A stretch of DNA of 64,000 nt from Eledone cirrhosa (taxonomy: Eukaryota), in contig OZ024742.1 in assembly GCA_964016885.1 (NCBI GenBank), forward strand, positions 210,552,001 to 210,616,000, read 5' to 3'. The notes beneath the pieces are model-generated. The model worked only from the letters and a program-made list of their open reading frames with translations, was not told the DNA's origin and did no database searches. The position numbers and the translations under genes are program-made. This document shows positions 51,706 through 64,000 of this stretch, in pieces (within the stretch, counting starts at the first letter, position 1; each line of letters begins with the position of its first letter).

Positions 51706-51779
51706 ATACTGAAATCTTGCGATTTTACCATCTATGTAAGTTCTTTGACTTGCTATATGATTTTTTTATTTTTTTGGCA

Positions 51780-51817
<38 letters not shown>

Positions 51818-52026
51818 AAATGGGGAGAAAAATACTGCTGGTAGCACATGGATAACATGTAATAAAATAAGTCCCTCATCAGTGATTTGCCGACGATCAT
51901 AGATATTTCATTGCATTAAAAATCCTATACCTCACGTCGGTGCAATAATAACTAAATTAAGTTATTAGGACAATTAAAACGCGTAAAGCGAGTGAGACAG
52001 GAAAACAACAAAGAGTAGAGCTAACC

Positions 52027-52078
<52 letters not shown>

Positions 52079-52081
<3 letters not shown>

Positions 52082-52304
52082 TGGCGAAGGGTAACCTGGA
52101 AAGCAGGGCATGCAGTCCAATCGCCATGGCGGAAAGTGGGGCTGTGCAGCCTTACCCCCCCCCCCCCGCCCCGAAAAAAAATTCACTCAAAATGACCCTC
52201 CCGGTCAAAGCCGCATGTAGTGTTATCTAGTGTGTGTGTGTTATCTTTTTATGTGTCTACGGTTTAGTAAGCAGCCAAAATTCTGCTTGCTTCAACCGAT
52301 GTTG

Positions 52305-52366
<62 letters not shown>

Positions 52367-52592
52367 GCGTGTGTGTGTGTGTGTTATCTTTTTATGTTTA
52401 GCAACCAGCCAACATTCTGCTTGCTTCAACCGACGCTGTCGTGCTGTCGTGTGTTTGTGTGTATGTGTGTGTGTGTGTGTGTGTTATCTTTTTATGTGTC
52501 TACGATTTAGCAAGCAGCCAAAATTTTGCTTGCTTCAACCGACGCAATTGATTAACTTAAGATTCTATAACGCATGCACGCACCCTTCGCCC

Positions 52593-52595
<3 letters not shown>
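52079..52595. mobile_element. hAT-like MITE inserted in (TA)n
   Basis: 14-bp TIRs CAGTGGCGAAGGGT / ACCCTTCGCCCCTG (1 mismatch), with (TA)n on both sides. Three internal units of about 60-70 bp separated by (GT)n. Confidence 0.8.
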
Positions 52596-52644
<49 letters not shown>

Positions 52645-52684
52645 CAATAACAAAGAACGCCTATGGCATATGCATATCTTTACT

Positions 52685-52730
52685 TGCTAACATTGTTTCA
52701 TCCACACTATAAGTGGGACTCATCAGAGCA
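52685..52730 (-). ncRNA. Candidate minimal type-I hammerhead ribozyme
   Basis: Minus strand TGCT-CTGATGA-GTCCCACTTATAGTGTGGAT-GAAA-CAATG-TT-AGCA: stem I of 4 bp, well-formed stem II, GUU triplet. Confidence 0.6.
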
Positions 52731-53134
52731 TAAAGGTTGATTACATATCACACAAGCAATAACAAATCCAAGACATTGAAGAAATAAAGAATAAAAAATA
52801 ATAAAAGATAAAAAATATAAAAAATATTGAGGAAGTAAAAATAAAAATAAACATTGAAAAATAAACATTGAAAAATAAACATTGAAAAATAATTGAAAAA
52901 TAAGGGGTGCTATCAGTCACAGTTGGGCGGGGTGCTGTCAACATATAGTTACATACAAGCATACACATAGATAAGAGAACAGACAAGAATAGATAAGATA
53001 GATAGGAGTAGGTAAGAATAGATAAAAAATAGGTGAAAAATAGGTAAAAAATAGACATATAATTAATATATATAAGAAAATATAAAAAACATACATATAA
53101 AATATACAGATAATAGTGATACAGGGTAAGGAAT

Positions 53135-53350
53135 GAAATAAAATAAAATAAAATAAAATTAAAATTAAAATTATATAAAATAAAATATAATATAATATAA
53201 TAATAAAATAAGATAAAATAAAATAAAATAAAATAAAATAAAATAAACTAAAATAAAATAATATAATATAAGATATAATTAAATAAAATTAAATAAATAA
53301 AATTAAATAAAATGAAATGAAATAAAATAAAATAAAATAAAGTAAATTGA
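53135..53350. repeat. (AATAA)n pentanucleotide microsatellite
   Basis: Direct reading. Confidence 0.95.
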
Positions 53351-53670
53351 GATAAGATATATATTTTTTTAGAATATATTTCTTGAATATATCAGGGGCC
53401 CACGAAGGCTCTAAGTGTCACAGTTATCAGTATCACTTGACCATTGCAATGCAATGGAGACGTCTCAGGTTGGGCAGTCTCAAAAGTTCACTCGAAAGTC
53501 ACGGGTGTGCATTCACACAGTTGAGCGGTGGGGTAATCACAAACCGGTTCACACCCGGGCAGGAGTCCAATGGTCAACAGAGGTACATCGAAGGAAGGTA
53601 GGAGAATTCACGTGCAGCAGCAAGAGGCAGACAAGTGGAGAGTTATACACCCCTGATCCTCTCCCTAATA

Positions 53671-53728
<58 letters not shown>

Positions 53729-53871
53729 ATGGTAAGAATCGATCTTAAAACAACTTTACTCTCAGATCTTCTTATGTCATTGCGCCTATATAATCGAACA
53801 AACACTCATAGTGTGGATACATTTGTCTTACCCTTGAATTATTGTGTGTGTGTATATATATATATATATAT

Positions 53872-54219
53872 ACTGTAAAGTGGTCGTGTAGGTGACACAA
53901 CAAAAAGCACCCAGTCCACACTGTAGAGTCGTCGTGTAGGAGACACGGTAAAAAGGCTCCCAGTCCATACTATAAATGTGGTTGGTGTTAGGAAGGGCAT
54001 CCAGCCGCAGAAAACCTGCCAGAAACAGTTTTGTACGAGCGAGACACGGTCTCCCGACCAATCTTGCCTCAAGTGGGACAAAACCGTCCAACACATGCTA
54101 ATGTGGAAGTTGAACGTTAAATGATGATGATGATGATGGTGATAGTGAAGAAGAAGAAGAAGAAGAAGAAGAAGAAGAAGAAGAAGAAGAAGAAGAAGAA
54201 GAAGAAGAAGAAGAAGAAG

Positions 54220-54250
<31 letters not shown>
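53872..54250 (+). mobile_element. RTE-3'UTR-derived element whose (GAT)n tail runs into a long perfect (GAA)n tract (54148-54249)
   Basis: Tandem units, GTTAGGAAGGGCATCCAGC, and tail. Confidence 0.75.
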
Positions 54251-54251
<1 letters not shown>

Positions 54252-54549
54252 TTTTAGTTGAATAAAAATTTTATCTATTGGTTTAACAATTCTAGACTTC
54301 GTGACCAATTCTCACTAGCAAACTTCTTCATTCATGAAAAAGCTATGTTCTAGTGGGCATACATGATATACCACATTCAATGCGACAAATGCAGGGATTT
54401 TTACATCGGAAGTACCATTACTCCTCAGCAGAGTTGTTAAACTATGGTAACGACAGAAGGATTGCAGCTCTGGCCAGGCTGATGAACCGCTGCTGGCAAA
54501 GAAAGTAAGTTCCTCTGATCTGAAGTTACCAAAAAAAAAAAAAAAAATA

Positions 54550-56210
54550 AGGTAGGGGCATATCTTGCAGAGTACAACAATTGTTGAGGTATCACTTTTC
54601 TGTCTGCACAGTGTTGCTGAGAATACAATGCCAGGCTGTGGACTCTGTCTTTAGAGAAGAGCAGGCTGGCTTTCAAAACAACCGCTCTTACACAGAATAG
54701 GTCTCCACACCACAGAACATCATTGGATAGTGCATCAACTTCCAGAAGGCGTTTGAAAGTGTGCAGTGGAGGGCGGCATTCTGGAACATTGTCATGTTAT
54801 ATGGCGTCACACAAAGTTTTGTGAACATCTTCAAGAACTTGTACACCTACTCATATTGCTGCGTAAGAACTGAGTTTGGAACAACAGAGTTCCTCATCAT
54901 TGGCATTGTTTCTGTAGTCAGACAAGGCTGCATCCTCTCGCACCTCCTATTTCTACAGTGAAAAGAACTGACGATGAACCCAGCCAAGGAATTCTGTAAC
55001 GAGGACATAGCTGAAGGATCTGAATTTTGCTGATGGCATCATCTTAATAGGAGAAACCAGTGCAGATCAGTGTCAGCTTACAGCAACTTTTCAGGTTGAG
55101 TATTGGCACCAAAAATACCAATGTGATGAAGACAACCACCTCAACAAGGAAAGGTGAACTAACAAGAGCTAGATGAAGTCGACCACTTTGTAGCGGCCCC
55201 TTACGGCTGTGACTCAGCACGTATAGGAGTTACGTCCCTTTGCGACGGGCGCGACTCCCATTGGCAGATTCATGTACTAAATGGAGTTGCGTCCCCCTGG
55301 GGACTATATATTTGAGGACAATCAAAGCATAACCCTCTCTCGCATCCTGAACTTCGAAGGGAGAAGAACACACGAGACCTTGTCAAGAGATGACTCCTAT
55401 CTTACTTCCTTCGCTCGCAAGAAGAAGAATACCAGCAGCCTAAAGAAATACTTGAACACCTCCAAGAGAAGATTTCTGTTCTTCTCTACACACTCCAGTC
55501 TGGGAGTTGTGACCAACTAAACATCTACATGTGGTAACAATTATTTATATTAATTTATTTGACTTCTGTGAAGTAAAACCATGTCAAAACACTCACCTGC
55601 ATTTATTGTCATTCTTGATAATATATATATACACTGATACTAATATCCTAAAACTTCATCTACCTGGGCACTCTAAGCAATAAACTGGATGTCAACTGCA
55701 GAATCGAATGCGCTCTGTCTGGTCAGCCTCAACCATTGGCACAGATGCCAAGCTATGCTATTCAACACCATCGTTCTCTTTACAGTGATCAGTGCCAGTG
55801 AGACCCATCCCAACATGATAACAATCGACAGAAAGCTGAATGTAATACATCAAAGGTGCATCGGAAAGATTATTGCCTGGCGAGACCAGATTACAAATGA
55901 AGAAATCCCGATGAGAGCAAATTCACATCTGCTGCAGGAGATAATCTCGGAGGGATGATTCCACCTGGCTAGCTACATTTTCTGTTTATCCGATCAACGG
56001 CTCTCAAAAACAACGATGACTTGAACTCCTCTAGAATTCAGAAAAAGAGCAGACTGAAGATCACCTGGCGGTGGACATTTCAAGACGATCTGCAGGCCGT
56101 CAACATCACTTGGAACGAGTACAAGAGAATACTAGTGGATGGGTGTGTTGGAGGAAGCTTGTCGCCCAATGTGCTACCCAGCACAAGAGGATTTATGTCT
56201 CAGTAAGTGA
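54550..56210 (+). mobile_element. Degraded RTE-like LINE interrupted by a solo LTR
   Basis: VRQGCILS, LNFADGI, and DEVDHF|IYLG split by the insertion. Confidence 0.7.
55189..55652. mobile_element. Solo LTR (464 bp)
   Basis: TGTAG...CCTAAA termini (likely mutated CTACA) and 4-bp TSD ACTT (55185-55188, 55653-55656). Removing it restores GAC CAC TTC ATC TAC CTG GGC of the host LINE. Confidence 0.8.
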
Positions 56211-56289
56211 ATAATGTAGTTTTCATTAAAGTTAAGTTCATTTTTATTGCATGTTAATCGAGTATTGTTAAAACACAAACACAACTCTA

Positions 56290-57570
56290 ACAATTCCTAC
56301 TGATCCTTCTAACTATTGCCCTATTAGTCTTCTGCCTCTTTTGGCAAAGTATTTGAGGCTTTAATCAATTTTAAATTGGTTAAGCACTACGTGTTGGGGC
56401 TTGTTTCGTTTCTCACCATCAACTGCTGACATCTTAACAGTTATTACTGAGGGAGTTAGCTATGCTTTGGCTAGATATGGTGGAGCTTGCGCTGTTGCTT
56501 TGGATATTTCTAAGGCTTTTGAGGATTTATGGTATTCCTGGACGGATTTTCAAACTGATTGAGTCTTATCAAATTGCGAACTGAAGGTTGTCTTGAATGA
56601 CCAGTTTTCTAGGTCTTTCCGGGATCTATCGTGAGTCCTATGCTGTTTTTAATTTTTATCTATGATCGTCCCGATGATATATTTTCTTAGCTTGGTATCT
56701 ATGTTGATGACACAACTCTCTATTCTTGTCTTAATGGTAATGTGATATGTTTGATAAAGTTGAATTGGCTGCTGGTCTTGAATATGATCTTCGATCTGTT
56801 GTTGAATGGGGCAAAACATGGCTTGTTACCTTATAATGCATCTGCTAAACTGCTATCTTTTAATCACCATAGAGACCCACTATTGCCTTACATTAGTATG
56901 GTTGATCACATCCCCAAGAGAACAATTCTTTGTGTCTTCTTGGCCTGACATTTTTCCACTGACTTAAGCTGGAATGATTATATCACGTCGATAGGCAAGT
57001 CTGCTGCCCAGAAATTTGGTTCGCTCTGTCGTGCCAGAAAATTTTTCACGCCTGAAAATATCTCATATCTTATTAAATCTACTGTTTGTCCTTGTATTGA
57101 GTACTGCTTCCACATCTGATCTGATGCTCCTTTTGTACACCTTGAGAGTCTGGATAAGATCCCAAGAAGAATCGTCAACATTATTAGTCCTGACTTAGTC
57201 GCTATCACACCGTCGAAATGTTGCCTCTCTTTGCCTCTTTCATAAATATTTTCATGGGAATTGTTCTGACAAGCTTTACTTTTTATTACCATCTCTTCAC
57301 GTGTTTAAACAGATCATCAAATTAGCGACTAGGCTTCATCCATTTATAGTTGAAATTCTTGAGTGTAATCGCAAATTCTATTCTGATAGTTTCTTCTCTC
57401 GCATACCTCGCCTATGGAATTCTCTTTTGGTTTTTTGCTTTCCTGGCCATTAGAATTTGCAAAATTTAAAATCAACATCAATCGCCATCTCACTCCTTGA
57501 ATTATATTCTCTCTGTCTGTCCTTTTCTCTTCTCAGCAACCCCTTGCATTTTAGTGGGTATATTGCCCTG
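56290..57570 (+). mobile_element. Degraded CR1-group LINE
   Basis: PISLLP, ALDISKAF, IYVDDTT and CPCIEYC remnants. Confidence 0.75.
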
Positions 57571-58637
57571 CGTGGGGTGAGCAAATTAAAACGAAATAAT
57601 TTGTTCTCAAGGAAGAATTCTCGGTAAACAAAATATTTGTAACCAGTTTAAATATACTTGACATTTTTTCACACAATTTATTTCTTAAGTTTTTTGCAAT
57701 ACTGATTATAGAGACAACAGTCAATATAATTTTACTATAGAAAGAATAGGTGGCGGTGTCCATACTTTTCTAAATTGTGACGCAAGAGAATCGAAACTGC
57801 ATGACAAAAATCAATCAGCCGATAACGTACTTTTTACGCTACAAAATACACATAGTCTTTGCTCAATATGAATGTCCTTTTGTGAAACACCCTAGTCTAG
57901 GATGCCACATGCAGCGACACATTCTCCAGCAGCAATCTGGTGCAGTCTGTGACTAACCCAGGCTCTGCTGCACATTCGATATGACAGTAACAAGTAGTAC
58001 CAAAAAAATCACACATTCAGACGTTCTCTTGTATGCATGTATTTTTGTTTGACGCCTGATTATATGAACTGTAGCAATAAATGTGAAGAAACAATTCGGA
58101 AAACCACAAGATGAGCTGCGTAATAGAATATCCAATTCTTTATTTATTCTACGTAAGATTAACGCTACAACACACATTTTCGATGCAACAAACTAGAATA
58201 AACTAATGTGATGTATGCATGTTTATGTATGCGGAAACCAAATTATAAATATTGTTCGAGTCTGAAATAATATATTTAGCACAAGGGATCATTGGCGGGA
58301 AGCTGCTATAACACGATTCTGAAAAGCCTAGAATCGTGAGAAAAAAATTAATATCGTTCTCACTGATCTTGACTTTTTGGTCTCTTTTATAATACGTGGG
58401 TGCAAGTTAAAAGGGAGAGAGAGAGAGAGAGGAGTGAAAAATCAAACGATGGACAAGCGAGTCTATTCTAAAATACTTTGCATGACTATTGTAATATTCA
58501 TGTCTATCCATGGATATGAGTAACACACATAAAGTGAAGTTAATTTAACCAGAAATCAACTTACGTGGGATTTGCTTTTTAGTCTACAGCGCTAGCCGAT
58601 TTTCACAATATTAGTATATTTTAGTTTGTAATGGAAA

Positions 58638-61600
58638 TTATGTCGTGACTCTCAGATGTTGTAACCAGCTCACGGTGGTGGGATTAGGGAGTGTGAAGTC
58701 CATCATTTCAGGTCGGCGGAGATCTGGGCACTCACTCAGTATATATTGAGCAACCTGCTCTGGCGAATCACATTGGCAAGCTGCTGATGGCTGCACTGTC
58801 CACCAGTAGTACATGGCTGCATTGAATTGACTGACACATGTGCGTAGCCGATTCAGGGACACCCACACCATCTGAGAGAGGTTAGCGCTTGGTGGGAGGG
58901 CTGTATTAAGGTTGACATTCAGTTGGGCCGGTCGACATGTCTGTTGCCAGCTAGCTCTCCACGTCTCAAGCATGTTGAAATTTATGTCTTGCAGTTTAGC
59001 TGCGTGACGAGAGAAAGGGCGGCATGCCAGCCAACGGCGTTGGTCTAGTAGCTGAGAATCCTCAGCTATGTCATGGAGCGGATGACTTAGGTCTATTAAG
59101 GCCTTAGTTATCAGCCTATGTGTGATATTCTCTACGAAGTGGTGCAGGAACAATGTCTGAGAGAACGGATAATTACGCAATCGGTGTAGAACGGAGACAT
59201 CCGGTAATGAGCCTTGAGTGTTCTGCCAGACCAAGGGTTATTTACTCGAGTAAATGTCACCGGAATCTAACTACTAATTTTTATACAGAAAAGGATAAGA
59301 TATTTTACAAAACACCATATCGAATACAAGTCTTCATTTTTATTGTAGCTCCGTTATAATTGTTGTACACAAATTTTCTCGTACATAATTAGATATAGTC
59401 CAAATCCATGATAGGTGGTCAGAGAAAAATTAACATGTTTGTCTTCAGTGTTGTCGGTTCGAAGGAAAGGCGCCAAAGAGAAAGAGCTGACTGCGTTGCC
59501 GCTATTTATATCCTCTTTCCGGAAGTTGCAAAGAGGGTTCTAGACTTTCGAGGGGAAGTAACTCTAGCTACTTCCCTGTCTAGAGAGCGCTAGAAGACTC
59601 CCCTCTCAGACGAGAAGTCGAATGACCAAATGAAATCATTGTAGCGAGCACATGAGGAGCAAAACAAAAGGCACAAGAACATGAATGAATAAAACATGAG
59701 CAAGCAAATAGCAAAATGAGCATAAAACAAGTAATGCATTTTTACAAAGAATGTTTGAATGTAACGAACTGATAATTCAAAGTCATACAAAGGAGCAGAG
59801 AATATTGATGCTCAATGGTAAAATCAATGTTTTTCAAAGTCAAATAGTTCATACATCACTAGTGTACAGACTTTTCTGACACTAGTTCTATCTGGAACTG
59901 AAAAAGAAGAGGTATGTTAATGCCACTGGGGTTTAAATGTATATTGTTTTTGAGAGTTACCGTGGCCATTTTACCGCCCTGCCACCTCGTGTGACATAAG
60001 GTTGTGTGGTATGTGGTGTTTGCGGTGGAGGTGAAGGTGTTAGTGTAGGAGTGTATGTACGAGGTGTATCAGGCAGTGTGATGAGACTTTCGGAGAAAGC
60101 CTTTTTTGCTCTGTCAATGGATATTGTCTCTTTTCGTCCATTGACAGCCACTGTGAAATGTTTGGGTGTGTGCGAAAGCACACGAAAAGATCCATTATAA
60201 GGTGACGTAAGAGGTCCCTTGACGGAATCATTCCGTATGAAAATGTGTGTCCACGTAGAGATGCCCGATGGGACAGCAGAAGAAATAGATTGGTCACGAG
60301 GGTTCATCGGTGGAAGATCCGAGAAATACGAACAAATCCTGGTGACATATGATGCTGGGTCAAGATGTGATGAATCCACTGGTGCTAACATTTGTCCAGG
60401 AAGATACAATGTGGTACCATAAAGAAGTTCAGCAAAAGAAAAACCTAAATCTGTCTTAATGGCTGCATGACAACCAAGAAGCACGATAGCCAAAAATTCA
60501 GTCCAACGTTGAGGATCAGGAGTAGCGCGAAGTGCAGCTTTCAACTGTCTATGAAACCTCTCGATCATTCCATTGGAGGCTTGGTGATAGCTGGTCGTAT
60601 GGATGTGATGAGCACCCAAGAGTCGTGATATTTCACGAAATAAGGAAGCCTCAAATTAGCGTCCCCGATCCGTAGTTATTTTAGTAGGAACACCGAAACG
60701 AGCAATCCAATTGGAAATGAAAGCTCGGGCAACGGACTCTGCTGTTATGTCCATGAGGGGTATGGCTTCAGGCCACCGAGAGAAACGATCGATACAAGTC
60801 AATATGTATGTGAATCCACGACTAACGGGCCATGGACCAACAATATCGATGTGTATATGACGGAAATGTGCGTCTGGCGGGCTGAATTTCCCAAGAGGAG
60901 CGCGGACATGCCGATGAATCTTAGAGCGCTGACACTTCAAGCAAGAACGTGCCCAACCGGTGATTAAATGACGCATATTAGGCCAGAAGAATCGAGCCGT
61001 AATAAGCTTCACCGTAGCAGCTATGCCAGCATGTGACAAGGAATGAAGTGCATCAAAAACGGTACGCTGATGACAATCTGGTCTGGGTGAGCCAGTAGAA
61101 ACATCGCAGAGAATTTTCCCTTCAGAAGATGGAAGAGGTAAATATTCCAATTTGCAGCAGGAGAACTGGTCAGAGGAAATGTCCAGCGAATTCAAAGTAG
61201 GTTGGTCAGTTGCAATGGCAACTAAATCGATATGTGCAGGAGACGCAAGAGAACACACAGAAAGTCGAGATAGTGCGTCCGCAGGTATGTTGGAAGTGCC
61301 AGCTATATGACGGATGTCACTGGTATACTGTGAGATGAGATCCAGAAGCCTATACGTTCTCGGAGAGTACTTGTCGGACTTGGATTGTAAAGCAAACGTT
61401 AACGGTTTGTGGTCCGTGAATATCGTGAACTCCCGCCCCTCCAAAAAGTGGTGGAAGTGCTTCACGGCAAGATAAATCGGCAAAAGTTCTCTGTCAAAGG
61501 TGCTGTATCTCTGTTCTGCTGGTTTTAATTGGCGAGATTATCATTTTTTTTTGTTGGTGTTTTTTTACATCGGGTCACCATTTTAGTGTTCTGCCAGACC

Positions 61601-62330
61601 CAGGGTTATTTACTCGAGTAAATGTCACCGGAATCTAACTACTAATTTTTATTCAGAAAAGGATAAGATATTTTACAAAACATCATATCGAATACAAGTC
61701 TTCATTTTTATTGTAGCTCCGTTATAATTGTTGTACACAAATTTTCTCGTACATAATTAGGTATAGTCCAAATCCATGATAGGTGGTCAGAGAAAAATTA
61801 ACATGTTTGTCTTCAGTGTTGTCGGTTCGAAGGAAAGGCGCCAAAGAGAAAGAGCTGACTGCGTTGCCGCTATTTATATCCTCTTTGCGGAAGTTGCAAA
61901 GAGGGTTCTAGACTTTCGACGGGAAGTAACTCTAGCTACTTCCCTGCCTAGAGAGCGCTACAAGCCTTAAAGTGTCTTCCAGGTTTGTATGTATGGGAGC
62001 TTCTGCAACATACATTGGAGTCGAATTCCACAGCACTGTAGACAAAGGCTAGGGCACTGGTACGTAAGGTGGATGGGCTAGCATTTCAGGATGAATCTGC
62101 CAAGCGACGTAAAAGATTGTTTTTCGCAGACATCGTTGTGCGGAAGTCAGCTACTGGTCCAATTTCACTCAGAGACAGGTCGGTATGGCGTTATATGAGA
62201 GGAGTGTGCCATTTAAGTCAATGGTGAGCTGCCAATTGGGCTCCTTGGTATTCATGTGGAATGCCGTTGAAGTCGTTTTTGTCATGCTTAGCTTCAATCT
62301 TCAGGTCTAGCGAAATCTATCCACACATAC
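58638..62330 (-). mobile_element. Ingi/Vingi-like LINE 3' portion, split by a Gypsy insertion (58638-59214 and 61963-62330)
   Basis: SALAFVYSAVE...|...ITGCLRSTP, then WVSLNRLRT...CQC...ILSECP. Continuous across the TSD. Confidence 0.65.
59215..61962 (-). mobile_element. Internally deleted Ty3/Gypsy element (CsRn1-like)
   Basis: 380-bp LTRs at 59215-59594 and 61583-61962 (about 9 differences) and TSD AGCCT (59210-59214, 61963-61967). PBS TGGTGACCCGATG is tRNA-Trp-like (61568-61580) and there is a PPT GAGAGGGGAG. Retains RNase H (FTDHKPL, N..ADALSR) and integrase (HHCC, HIDIVGP, TTDRG, SNGMIERFHR). Confidence 0.95.
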
Positions 62331-64000
62331 TGACCCCTAAATGACACGAGGTGGTGGTGTTTTTTTTTTTATCTCGGGTTGGCGACAGTAGTCTGAAGAA
62401 ACTGGCCAACTTGGGTTTAAATGAGATAATATTTTTTTAAAGCTATTCCTCTCTCATTTCTCGGAAGAAAAGGACATCACTTGGAGTTGCTCAAGCAGTA
62501 GGGAGAGGTAGCGCTTAGCAAAAAGCACTTCAGCCCTCTCGAAAAGGTTGGTACTTCGATAAAGGTTAGTTTAGTGTATCTTGTCTGACTACTACGGCAT
62601 TCATGCAAACCAACTACACAAACATAACACACAATTCACTTGGTTTTTTGTTGTTTTCTTGTTTTATCAACAATAGCTTCGACGTAAGTTTTTTTATTAA
62701 TAACAATTCTTAAAGTAGCGATATTTGTTATTATTCATCGGATATTGTTAATGGCAGCTTTACTTTCAGCCTTCGACTTTCAACTACTGACTATGGCAAC
62801 GAGTACAGCCACACATCTCGACTTATTGAGAAACACACACTCAATTCATTTGCCATAAGTCACACATTTCCCACAGCGCTTATATGGGAGAGAGCAATTC
62901 ACGGAATCACCCATCAAACCTACAACATTACTACTGCAACATCTGCCACGTCCAAGTGAACAACGAACAATAATATCAAACTCAAGCCATCTCCTACGTT
63001 ACATCTAAAAATATACCTCATCGTTACAATAGTACTGAGCCTTGAGGGACTTCAGGACAAAGCTTCGGTTGGCTAGGATGTTACAGATAAACCACATCAT
63101 GTGACGGTCAGGAAATATTCTTATTAACTTCAGGGTCAGACCCTGCTGCCACGATTTCGATCAGGTGAAGGACAACACCCCGAGACAGCAACAGCAAGTC
63201 AAATTTCGTAGCAGTGGAATTCGAAACAAAATGCGTTAAAGAATTAGGTTTCACACCTCTCCTTTCTAAGTTCAAATTCCACAGGAGTTTACTTAAGCAG
63301 TTATTTTGAAAAAAATTACCTTGATCCTATTAAAGATAAAGCCATTATTTAGTTTGTAATGTTTGCGAGTACGAATATTTGTACCAAAATAAAATGTTTG
63401 CTAATGAGATGACCATGTAACAACATGGAATTCCTATAATTGAAGAAAAATATAATTGTGATGATGAACACTGAAGAAAACTGGAAGCTAAGTTCATTTA
63501 GTCTATACATTTCTACAGGTAAATGGAAAAAAAGATGGAGATTATTTAAAAAAGTAACAAGTTTAAGAGACTTAACCAATACTATTGTGTATAACGATAA
63601 CAAGGGTAAAAAAAGAAAACAAAATAGACAAACCGACGCCAAATTTTGCTTCAGGATATTTCTGATTTGTGTAATTTTGGTGAGATAATCAACGAGTTTT
63701 TGGTGATGCTTTTTATAATGTGGAAAAACACTCAATCAACTGACGTAAAGATAAGCTCAGTGTTGTAAAACCGCCAGCTCAAGCATGTTAGTTATTTTCT
63801 GCCTCGTTTAATCGCGACCCAGATTGGAATATCTTTAGCTATGTACTTTAACGAAGAAAGAAACCCTACAATAACATGTTCTGTTGCAAATAAAAAAAAA
63901 TTCAAAAGCTGAACGATGATGATGATGATGAAATAGCAGTTGTAGTGCTACTGAAGATAACAACAACAACAACATCAATAATAATAATAATAATAATAAT

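Noticed and set aside
52230-52545. CRISPR-like repeat/spacer appearance
   Set aside because: The spacers are (GT)n microsatellite, the context is eukaryotic, there are no cas genes, and it lies within a MITE.
51073-54308. ORFs rich in CV, YI, T or F repeats
   Set aside because: These are translations of microsatellites and low-complexity DNA.
62620-63735. Possible coding or LINE remnant and ORFs at 63349-63735 and 63440-63688
   Set aside because: I could not recognise any motif or consistent exon structure.

Overview
AT-rich eukaryotic genomic DNA with spliceosomal introns, dense microsatellites, tRNA-derived SINEs and LINE/LTR relics. The repeat landscape resembles a coleoid cephalopod such as Octopus (inference). 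Two intact housekeeping genes sit head-to-head about 200 bp apart: SAR1 (COPII GTPase, minus strand, 6 coding exons, 193 aa, 10470-21996) and MRPS24/uS3m (plus strand, 3 coding exons, 174 aa, 24112-36460). The rest is mostly mobile-element debris: CRE-, RTE-, CR1- and Ingi/Vingi-like LINEs, two Ty3/Gypsy elements with exact TSDs, a solo LTR, TTAA-flanked and hAT-like MITEs, a Helitron-like insert and Penelope-like terminal repeats. The most notable observations are: (1) an inverted, TE-interrupted duplicate of MRPS24 exon 3 plus 3'UTR, arranged like a staggered-break inversion and able in principle to form long-range dsRNA; (2) two minimal type-I hammerhead ribozyme motifs near 51.6 and 52.7 kb; (3) a Gypsy element with a template-switched 5' LTR, no canonical PBS, and an LTR-encoded ATG plus splice donor in frame with MRPS24 exon 2; (4) an Ala-to-Val change in SAR1 switch II. 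All alignments were done by eye; no database searches were run.
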